A stretch of 64,000 nucleotides of DNA, taken from positions 65,472,001-65,536,000 of the forward strand of contig NC_042998.1 in assembly GCF_006345805.1 (NCBI RefSeq), given 5' to 3'. Shown here piece by piece: positions 26,719 to 36,883 of the stretch. The notes below the pieces were generated by a model. It searched no databases and was not told the origin of the DNA. It saw only the letters and a list, made by a program, of their open reading frames with translations. Made by a program: the position numbers and the translations under genes. Source of the DNA: Octopus sinensis. Its lineage: Eukaryota. Positions within the stretch are counted from its first letter, which is position 1, and each line of letters starts with the position of its first letter.

Positions 26719-27580
26719 TATATATATATTAGGAGGCTTGGAGATGATGTAGAGCTATTATATATTAGAAGAAATGAGATACTCAGAAATCTGGATGGTT
26801 TTATATTTACAGATTTTTATTAATATGTCACATGGTTTTATAAATCATATATTAGCGCTTGCATCCGCACTAGTGGATTCGTCAGATTTCATTTTTTCAG
26901 GAGTTTGTTTCTTTTTATACTTTTATTGAATGTGTAGGGGTGGAGACAGATATAGGATAGTAAAATGGGTGAGGAATGGGGAGAAAGTTAGCGAGGGAGT
27001 GCGTGTGTGTGTGCCCTTGTATCTGAAAGGTGTGTCAATGGAAAAGAGAAGGAAAGGAGGAAGGAAGAGAAAGAGGAAAATTGTGTTTACTTCTCTATAG
27101 CTGGTCAGTTCTTTCAATAGAAAGTAATTCTATAAGTATGGATATGTTTGTGTTTCTGCGTTTATTCCCCCCACCATCGCTTGACAACCTTTGTTGGTGT
27201 GTCTACATCCCCGCAACGTAGCGGTTCGGCAAAAAGCTAATGATACGGTAAGTGCTAAACTTACAAAGAATAAGTCCAGTTGTCGTTTTGTTTGCCTAAA
27301 GGCGGTGCTCCAGCATGTCTGCAGTCAAGTTATTGAAAATAATAAAAGAATATATATATGCATGTGAGTGTACGTCTGTATTTAACCATCCCACCATCAA
27401 CTGACAACCGATGTTGGTGTGTCTACGCCCCAGTAATTTAGTGGTTCGGGAATAAATAGCGATAGAATAAGTAGTAGGCTAACAACGATTAAGTCTTGGC
27501 GTCGGTTTGTTCGACTAAAGGCAGAGCACCAGCATGGCCGCAGTCAAATGACTGAAACAAGTAAAAGAATAAAAGAGAGC
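26389..27580 (+). mobile_element. SINE family A split by insertions: head 26389-26540, tails 27150-27350 and 27375-27580
   Basis: Head tggctgcgtggtaag...ggattcattcc...cttgggcaagtgtct; tails aaaggcggtgctccagcatg...gcagtcaa. Confidence 0.75.
26848..26889 (-). ncRNA. Degenerate minimal hammerhead (GAAA mutated to GCAA)
   Basis: CTGACGA-atcc-actagtgc-ggat-GCAA-gcgc-TA; perfect 4-bp stem II, palindromic stem III AgcgcT, weak stem I. Confidence 0.5.
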
Positions 27581-27589
27581 CAGTTGCAG

Positions 27590-27742
27590 AACATTAAATA
27601 TTATACATTATTTACATTATTCACATTTGACGATATTTGTCCTCATTTTGTTTGTTATTAACACAACGTTTCGGCTGATATACCCTCCAGCCTTCAACAG
27701 GTGTCTTAGGGGAATTTCGAACCTGGGTTCTCATTCCGATGG
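27590..27742 (-). mobile_element. 3' body of HHR-bearing short element (family E)
   Basis: Reverse complement of 30934-31070 over about 105 bp; carries an HHR motif. Confidence 0.8.
27660..27706 (-). ncRNA. Minimal hammerhead, A6 mutated (CTGTTGA)
   Basis: agacac-CTGTTGA-a-ggctg-gagggtatat-cagcc-GAA-ACGT-T-gtgtt; 5-bp stem II, 5-bp stem I, palindromic ACGT in place of stem III. Confidence 0.7.
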
Positions 27743-27859
27743 TATTATTATTATTATTATTCAGTAGTTTAATTTTTTTTAGCGTGCTTTCACTTCACTA
27801 CCGAGCGCAGCTCTGTGTGCCTTGGGTACGTGCTGTGATTTGTTGTGATGCTCTGATGG

Positions 27860-28546
27860 TTATTGTATGGAAAGTGTTCTGCGTAGGATGTGTGCAGTGC
27901 CTAGTAGTGCAATTTTCTGTATGTTATATGTGTTTGTAAGTCCTGGTGTTTTTGTTATGTATTTGTCTGAATATTTTTTTATCATGCCTAATGCACCTAC
28001 TATGATAGGAATTGTTTCTGTTTTCAGGTTCCACATTCTAGTTACCTCTATTTCCAGGTCTTTGTATTTTGAGAGTTTCTCCATTTCTTTTAGAGACACG
28101 CTGTCATCTGCCGGTATTGATACATCAATTAGAAAGCATTTTTTTTCTTCATGATCTCTGACAACTATATCTGGTCTGTTGGCCTTAATTTCTCTATCTG
28201 TGTGTATCGGCATATCCCAGAGTATGGTTGCTTTCTCGTTTTCTGTGACCTTTTCTGGTGTGTGCCTATACCATCTTTTTTCTGTTGTTATTCCATAATG
28301 TTGGCATAGCTTCCAATGTATGTATGTTCCAACTCTGTCATGTCTGTGAATATATTCCTTCTTAGCCAGGACTGGGCAGCTAGAGATAATATGATTTATT
28401 GTTTCTTGTCCATCTCCACATATTCTGCAGTTACTTGTAATATTTCTTTTCATTACATGTTTTTGGTAATTTCTGGTGGGGAGGCTTTGGTCTTGTGCTG
28501 CAATTAAAAATACCTCTGTTTCTGCTTTGAGTCCTGAGCTTCTCAA
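27860..28546 (-). pseudogene. C-terminal zinc knuckle and RLE endonuclease of the R4/Dong-like LINE
   Basis: CCHC and PD..D..K motifs; separated from upstream ORF by a +1 frameshift in an A-run near 28620 (QEKTPSW* versus QEKPLHGK). Confidence 0.9.
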
Positions 28547-29006
28547 CCATTGCTGGGATTTTTCTTTGTCTATTTCTTTTGCGTTTAGTTTAGTGCAGTA
28601 TTTACCATGAAGGGGTTTTTTCTTGCCATCGTTTTATCATGGCTCGTTGCTGTTCTATTTTTAGTTTGGATTTCATTTGTTTTATAGCTTTTGTTGTTTC
28701 TTCATCATCTTCTTCTTCTTCTTTGTGTTTATTAGGTTGTATGATTTCTTGTTTGTATTTGTCAGCTTCCTTAAATACTGAGAACAGTTTTTTGTTTTGC
28801 TCGTGTTTTGCTGCTATCTGGATCAGTTTTCCTTCCTTCTGAAGTAGATATTTTTGCAGTCCTATGGTGGTTATTTTATAGTAGTTTTCCAGCTGTATAA
28901 GGCCTCTACCACCTTCTATACGTTGTATATATAGTCTTTCTATGTCAGATTTTGCGTGATGCATCCTAGATCCTGTCAGTATTTTTCTTGTTTTCCTATC
29001 TATTTT

Positions 29007-30488
29007 TTACAGTTCATTTCGTGTCCAGTTAAGGATATTGTAGCTGTAACTTATAACTGGGACAGCTAAAGTGTTGATACCTATTATCTTGTTTTTAGCA
29101 TTGAGCTCTGTTTTTAGTATTGATCTAACTCGTCTATAATATTCTTTTTTTATTTTCTCTTTCATTTGTGTGTGTTGTGTCTTATCTAGTTCATGGATTC
29201 CTAAGTATTTGTAAGTTTGGCTTTGGTCTAATTCTTTTATTTCATTGGTTTTATCTAGTGTGATGTTGTTAGTCTTAACTAGTTTTCCTCTTTTCATGGT
29301 TACTTTGGCGCATTTTTCTAATCCAAATTTCATATCTATTTCTTTGGTAAATCCATGAACTATCTTTAATAGTGTTTCCAGCTGTTTGTCATTTGCAGCG
29401 TATAGTTTTAGGTCATCCATATATAAAAGGTGGCTGATCGTTTTGCCGTAACATTTATATCCGCATCCAGTTCTATTAAGCATATCAGATAGAGGTGACA
29501 GTGCCAAGCAGAAAAGGAGTGGAGAGATTGTGTCTCCCTGGAATATTCCTCTTCTAATGGGGATGTCTTTGGTTTTCATGAATCCCTCTTTTGTTTGGAG
29601 GTGTAGGACTGTTTGCCATTTATTCATAGAGTGCTCTATGAATTTTATGATTGTTGGTGCTACTTTGTTAATGGCTAGTGTTTCGAGGATCCATGTGTGG
29701 GGGATGCTATCAAACGCCTTTTTGTAGTCAATCCAGGCCATACTGAGGCCTTTCTTCTTTCTGTGGCTCTCTTCAGTTACGGCTTTATTAATCATTAGTT
29801 GATCTTTACAGCCATATGAACCCTTGCGGCATCCTTTCTGCTCTTCTGGGAACAGTTTGTTTTCGTCCAGGTGCTTGTTCAGCCTTTGCGATATCACTGC
29901 AGTAAAGGCCTTGAACATAGTAGGGAGGCAGGTTATTGGTCTGTAGTTTTCTGGTTTTGTTGTTTCATTTGATTTGGGAATTAAGATGGTTTTCCCCTTC
30001 GTGAGCCATTCAGGCATTGTCTCTGGCTCTGCTAGTATGCTGTTAAAGTTTTCAGCCAGCTTTTTGTGCATTCCTGTTAGATATTTCAACCAGAAGTTGG
30101 GGATCTTGTCATGCCCAGGTGCCTTCCAGTTGCTTAGTTTTTGCAGTGCCTGGGTGACCTCTTCAGTTGTTATGGGGGTCCAAAGTTGTTCAGATGCCGA
30201 GTTTGTTATTTTCATACTCCTTTTTTTTGGCTGTTCGTTCGCCGACCATATTTCTTTCCAGAATTCTTCCAATTCTTCTGCCGTTGGTGCTGCAGTGACT
30301 TCTATTTTATTTTTGCCCAGTTCTTGGTAGAACTTTTTGGGGTCGGAGTTGAACTTTTTGTTCTGTTCAAAGAAGCGTTGGCGTTTCTCGTACCGGCGGA
30401 TCCTTTGAGCTTTGGCAAGGATATCTTGCTTCAGCTTTTCTTTTATCTCCGGCAAATCTTTTTCTGTGATGTTATATTTGCGGAGCAT
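29007..30488 (-). pseudogene. Reverse transcriptase domain of the R4/Dong-like LINE
   Basis: 493-aa ORF with all RT motifs; ends at an in-frame nonsense codon (NEL*KIDRKTRK continues into ORF 28602-28964). Confidence 0.92.
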
Positions 30489-30640
30489 TTTTGTTCTCTT
30501 TTTGTTGCTCAGTAGCGTTGCTTGTTTGCTGATTTCATTAAGAATCGACAGGTCTTTTCTAATTTTTTAAATTTTGTTTTGGATGTTATTTATCCACAGG
30601 GTTTGTTTGGGTGAGTATCCAGCTTCTTTTGTGGCTGCAG

Positions 30641-30643
30641 TAA

Positions 30644-30693
<50 letters not shown>

Positions 30694-30733
30694 TATTATT
30701 ATTATTGTTGTTGTTGTTGTAGTTGTTGTTGTT

Positions 30734-30764
<31 letters not shown>

Positions 30765-30805
30765 GTGGTGGTGGTTTGTTGTATGTGGTGGTGTTATTAT
30801 TATTA

Positions 30806-30836
<31 letters not shown>

Positions 30837-30858
30837 GATAATTATTATTATTATTATT
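30641..30858. repeat. Compound (TTA)n(TTG)n(TGG)n(TTA)n microsatellite
   Basis: Direct reading. Confidence 0.95.
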
Positions 30859-30933
30859 CAGATCGCTGCCTGAAATCGAGCTTGAAATCTTGGAGTCAGT
30901 ATGCCGCGCTCTTAACCACTATGTTATATGCCC
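30859..30933 (-). mobile_element. tRNA-derived head of element family E
   Basis: gggcatataacatagtggttaagagcgcgg...aagctcgatttcaggcagcgatctg; degenerate A box (TAACATAGTGG) and B box (AGCTCGATTTC), running directly into (AAT)n. Confidence 0.7.
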
Positions 30934-31070
30934 AAGACACCTTATGAAAGCAGGAGGGTGTATCAGACGAAACGTTGTGTTAACAACAAACAAGATGAGG
31001 ACAAATATCCGTCAAATATAAATAATGTAAATAGTGTACATAATTCCACGTCTCTTAAACATAGAAGTGG
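30934..31070 (+). mobile_element. Inverted copy of the family E body, with hammerhead motif 30935-30981 (G5 mutated, CTTATGA)
   Basis: agacac-CTTATGA-aagcaggagggtgtatcagac-GAAACGTT-gtgtt; abuts the 5' end of the tRNA head in opposite orientation. Confidence 0.75.
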
Positions 31071-31197
31071 ATTAAATATTATAGTTTAATGAAATTTAAG
31101 AACTTAAAAAATTTCTTTTAATGCATACAAATATGAAATATACAGTCTTCTGTATTATTCTATAACTAATCATAAACACACACAGACACATACGCAT

Positions 31198-31246
<49 letters not shown>

Positions 31247-31789
31247 GATACACATATACGCACTCGTATGTATACGTTAGTAGGGAAATGTGATTTATTT
31301 ACCAAATATTTGAGTAATATTTAATATTTCTTTCTATGAAGTTTGTGAGCTGTGAGCATTGTTACCGCTCCCGGCAAATTGCCTAGCGGCTTTTCTTCCT
31401 ACTTTAAATTCTGAGCTTCAGAAGCCGCTAGAGACAAACTTCCATTTTACCTTCAGGATCCATGCTATAAATAGTGTTGAACAGTTGAGGGTTGATGTAA
31501 ACGATTTACTTTGTCCGCAAAAAGTGCTGGTCTTGTGCTATATTATAAACTAATATTCCTTCCATCCATAAGCTTAAGGCTTGAAATATTTTGAAAGGAG
31601 TATGCGTTTTAATGAATTCTGGAGAAGAACCAGAAATTTGCATTAAATTCCTGCAGGCTGTTAAGCTTTGCAAGGTTTTAACATTTCTTGTTGAAAATTA
31701 AAGGAAAGCATGCCCCGTTGAGCGTTTCCCATTACAAAAGTCACAAACACAAAGAATCATTCTTAAAGGATCAGAAGAGCACGGACAGA

Positions 31790-32250
<461 letters not shown>

Positions 32251-33110
32251 CTCCAAGGATCTTGAAATATTCTAAAATGAATAATAGTGGCGGTGTTAAG
32301 TTAATATATATTGAAAAAGAAATCATGGCGGTGATGTTTACTGACTGTAATGTAAACTTTTGTAACTAGAGGAAGATTAATATATTGAAGTCCACATAAA
32401 GTAAAGGTCACCCGTATTATGATATGAAACAGTGAACTAAAATAACTTCCGATAACTAAATTGAAAATCTAATGAATTACCTTGTTCTTTATTAAATGTT
32501 GTTTATACTACACCGTGATAAATGTATTCCACTACGTAAATTACAAAGCTGTTCATTCGACCGTGTTCATGAAGCTTATTATCACATAAACAGACAGCGA
32601 AATATCTATTGAATTTTCACTCCCCTTTTATATTCCTGATTTGCAAATCGAAGGATGATTAAGAGTGGAGTGATTACTCGAGATAAATTCTCGAAATCTT
32701 TAGTGAATGGACAACGTGAATTCCGAGATGATACGAAATTTTTCAAAATAATGAAAATTGATAAATTGTGATGCACTTTACTCTCAACACTGATGGACAT
32801 AATATGAGGTTTAAATGCCTTTTATTAAAGAGTATATTACTCACTGGGAGACAACATAAGCCGAGGCTATTATAATGCTGGAATGCTAGAGAGATAGAAA
32901 CTACCGCGTGTTATTTCTGCATTATTTATAATATTCTTTCTTATGGAAACACACTTCCCCCATCTTTTCATATGAAGGTAACTCACTTCGGAACTATGGG
33001 AGCGGAGAATATTACAAGAAATGATGAAATATGAAACATATTATCTCTTACAAACACTATTCAATTACACGGCAAAATACAGTCATAACCGTAACGTGAT
33101 ATATAATCAT

Positions 33111-33441
33111 TTACTCTTTTACATCTTTCAGTCATTTGACTGCAGCCATGCTGAAGCACCGCCTTTAGTCGAGCAAATCGATGCCAGGACCTATTCTTTT
33201 TAAGCCTAGTAATTATTCTATCGGTCACTTTTGCCGAACCGCTATATTACGGGGACGCAAACACACTAGCATCGGTTGTCAAACGATTTTGGGGTAACAA
33301 ACACAGACACACAAGCATATAAACACACATACATATAAATACATATATACGACGGGGTCTTTCAGTTTCCGTCTACTAAATCCACTCACAAGGCTTTGGT
33401 CGGCGCCAGGCTATAGTAGAAGACACTTGCCCAAGATGCCA
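33111..33441 (-). mobile_element. SINE family A, near full length, with internal CA/TA tract
   Basis: Tail 33111-33300, microsatellite, then gacggggtctttcagtttccgtctac...cttgcccaagatgccac. Confidence 0.85.
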
Positions 33442-33713
33442 CTTATCACACAATCACCCCTGCGCCTGGTTCACCTTCTTGCCTTTAGTTCAACGCATTT
33501 AAAGCTATATATTTTTCAAAACTTGCTCGACTCCTTCTTAGTGAATGTAAGAAATGTCATGAGCTTGTATGCCTACGTGCGTGTGTGAATATATATACAT
33601 ATATATATACTGCATTAAGCACATACATGCGAAACAAGGTGGAAAAAGTAGTACTCGAATAATACAGGTAGAATAATATGTTTTATTGAAAAATAGCTGG
33701 AATATCATAAGAC

Positions 33714-33752
33714 CTGTAATTCAGAGTTTCACATTTCTGTTCGTCGGACAGT
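33714..33752 (-). ncRNA. Minimal hammerhead with CCGACGA core variant
   Basis: actgt-CCGACGA-aca-gaaa-tgt-GAAA-ctc-t-gaa-TT-acag; inverted degenerate partner at 33758-33796 (+). Confidence 0.55.
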
Positions 33753-34109
33753 TTTTCCCGAGGCATGGGAACGTGAAACTCTGAGTAAGAGTTTTTGTTA
33801 TAACTCTACTGCTTTTCAATAATGTATATATATATATATATAATAACGTACCATTTAGAAGAAAAATCCAGGGGAGTAATTACATGGTATGTAAATGTTG
33901 CTTAAGTATCTGTTAAAATGTCTGTTTGAGGTTTACTGTTGTTTATGTCCTCCCTAAGATTGATGCATAGTTAATCATTATTCATCCCGTCGTACGTATC
34001 TTGTATGCATTCATCGAAACATATGTAGATGATATGCACATATAAAGGATTTGATAACATCTTGTGCGTTTGTCTCCTTTTTCAATTTTCCCATATATAT
34101 CTGTATATA

Positions 34110-34190
34110 ATAATGATGCTGATGATGATGATGATGATGACGATGATGATGATGATGATGATGATGATGATATTTATGATGATGATGATG

Positions 34191-34229
<39 letters not shown>

Positions 34230-34250
34230 TAATAATAATAATAATAATAA

Positions 34251-34287
<37 letters not shown>
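34110..34287. repeat. Compound (GAT)n(AAT)n(AAG)n microsatellite
   Basis: Direct reading. Confidence 0.95.
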
Positions 34288-34288
<1 letters not shown>

Positions 34289-34540
34289 TCGAGAAATATG
34301 TCAATGAAATAGGAATGGACATGAGAGCAGAGCAAGCCCCCCCCCACCGCCCCAAATCCGCTCTGCTGGGAATAGCTAGGATTATGAGATTGGTATTTAG
34401 ACGTTGAATGCCTTCCACGATAATTAACATCCAATTATCAAAGCTTATAATTTCCGGAAAGTGACCTTGTGAAACCTCTCACAACCGGCTCTCACCGATT
34501 CAACCAGAGCAAATAAGACCGAGCGCTTTCATTAAAACAA
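34288..34540 (+). mobile_element. 3'-terminal fragment of a second RLE-type (R4-like) LINE
   Basis: Encodes EKYVNEIGMDMRAEQA..SALLGIARIMRLVFRR*, matching the C-terminus ALLGTAHILRRTLSIQ* of the element at 27860; followed by a short UTR and AAC/AAT repeats. Confidence 0.65.
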
Positions 34541-35200
34541 CAACAACACAGCAACAAAAATAATAGTATTAATAACAATAAGAATTTACGTATGGAAGTT
34601 CATAATCATTATTAATGCTTGAAAATATCTGTTTCTACAGCCTACATATTCACTGGAGAACAATTTTCCACATTCATAAGACTTTACTTAAGTTTATTCT
34701 AAATATTTATGAATTTGATGTTTTTATCGATTCCATTTCAATGTGAGTTTTTCCTCAGGTGTCACATTTTTGTTTCCCCAACATGAGAGAAATATACAAG
34801 GCTGGGAACAGGTATAACAGTGGTGAACGTGTTATAGCTACTGCTGATGGTATTTTTGAGCATCAGGAATAAAACTTCTTCACCAATGGAGCACAACCAC
34901 TGCAGCACCAATGGAAGAAATGTGTGGGGATATGGCGAAAAATAAACCTCATCTGGCCGCTTTCGATGAGAGTATCTTGGTCAGGTATGTACGCTTCAGC
35001 CGGACTTGGTACACTTAGACATACACGCATATAAACATATAAATACATAGATACATACACTCACACGCATATATATATATATATATATACACGCACACAC
35101 ACAAACATACACACATATATGTGGGTATATATGCATATCTATGTATCTGGTTCTCTCTCTCTCTCTCTCTCTCTCGTATATATGTATATATATATATATA

Positions 35201-35520
35201 TGCTGAGACCATGGGATTGCACCTAATCGGTTACCCTCCCAGGCACAAGTCCGAGCAATGATGTTTATGGAAGACCAGCAGTCGCCCATGCATACCGGCT
35301 TCTCCTCTCCACGCTACCAGTGTTATCCAAGGGAAAGGCAAAGGCCGATGCAGCCTGGCACCTGTGACGTCGCAAGTCATTTCTACAGCTGAGTGAACTG
35401 GAGCAACGTAAAATAAAGTGTAATGCTCAAAAACACAACGCGCAGCCCGGTCCCGGATCCGAACTCAGTACCTCACGATCGTAAGCTTGACGCTCTAACC
35501 CCTGAGCCATGCGCCTTCAC
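35201..35520 (-). mobile_element. tRNA-derived SINE family C, near full length
   Basis: Head gtgaaggcgcatggctcaggggttagag...gagttcggatcc; tail homologous to 48394-48601 and 59160-59385. Confidence 0.85.
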
Positions 35521-35559
35521 ACACGCACACACACGCACACACACACAAACACACAAACG

Positions 35560-35605
<46 letters not shown>

Positions 35606-35794
35606 ATATATATATACGAGAGACAGAGAGTCAGATACATAAATATGCATATATACATATGTTTCTCTCCTGGTTTTTTTCTGTGTACCTTTCTGTCGAA
35701 AAGAGTAGGCTCGAAACATAAAATACTTTTTCTATTCTTGAGCGCTATACTAATACATTTACCTTCGTCTTTTGTTTATTTTCGTAAACTTTAC

Positions 35795-35853
<59 letters not shown>

Positions 35854-36515
35854 TATATATGTATATATATATATATATATTCATATACATGGATAGATAG
35901 ATAGCCAGACAGATAGATAGCTACACATGCACACATACGCGCGCGCATGCACACACTTATAATTCCGTGGTTGATGTTTTTTAGAGGTGTTCAATGGCAA
36001 TGTGTGCCACCTTGGGCAAGAGCCTTCTTGTATCTCCCCAGCCCAACTGGAACTGAAAGAAGCCTGTTCTGTATATGTATTTTCTTATGTGTTTCAGTTT
36101 GTCACCAGCCACCACTATACAACCGGTGTTGGATTGCTTACTATCCTATAACTTTACGATAGAGCAAAACAGCTCCATAGGGAGAACTTTGTACTGGGAC
36201 GAACACCTTCAACTAAAAAATATTGGTAGGGGGGGGGGCAAGCATGCCACAGTCGAATGACAAACAAGTATAATATACCTAAGTGTGTGCGTCAGTGCAC
36301 GCGCGCGCGTGTGTGTGTCCCCGACAGAATTTCAAGTGAAACAATAAAAATCCTTTTTAAAGTGGCACTTTAAAGCATCATTCACAAATATGTTATACAA
36401 AGATGCAATATTTATTCCCACTTACACATGAATACTCTGTTAGAACAAACATTCTTCTCGGTACTAATACCGTCTGTGATTCTGATAATTATTTCTACCC
36501 ATATGTGTATTTCTG

Positions 36516-36883
36516 TGTGGTGATGGAAAGCGAACTCGCGGTCGGAGGATCGTGATTTCGATTCCCAGACCTGGCGTTGTGAGTGTTTATTGAGCGAAAA
36601 CACCTAAAGCTCCACGACGCTCCAGCAGGGGTGGGCGGGTGTTTGTCGAACCTTACTGTACTCTTTCAACAAAAATTTCTCTCACTCTTTCTTCCTGTTT
36701 CTGTTGTACTTGCATTGTCACACTGTTGTACCTTTATTGTCAGCCTTGTCACACTCTGTGTCACGCTGAATCTCCCCGAGAATTACGTTTAGGGCAAACG
36801 TGGCTGTGGGATGATTAATTTCCTGAGCAGGCTGTTATGTTGATCGTATCAGTTGGAACCCTCGTCGTCGAAACCGATGGAGT
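36516..36883 (+). mobile_element. tRNA-derived SINE family D
   Basis: gtttcgattcccagac (B box), gtgagtgtttattgagcgaaaacacctaaagctccacg; homologous to the reverse complement of 54870-55250. Confidence 0.85.

Larger units (their letters stand above)
27762..30640 (-). mobile_element. R4/Dong-clade-like non-LTR retrotransposon (RT + CCHC + restriction-like endonuclease), 5'-truncated and inactivated
   Basis: RT motifs KAPGHDKI, YRPITCL, DYKKAFDS, GIFQGDTISP, YMDDLKL; CRICGDGQETINHIISSC zinc knuckle; RPDIVV..LIDVSIP..KLSKY endonuclease; (TAA)n on both sides. Confidence 0.92.
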
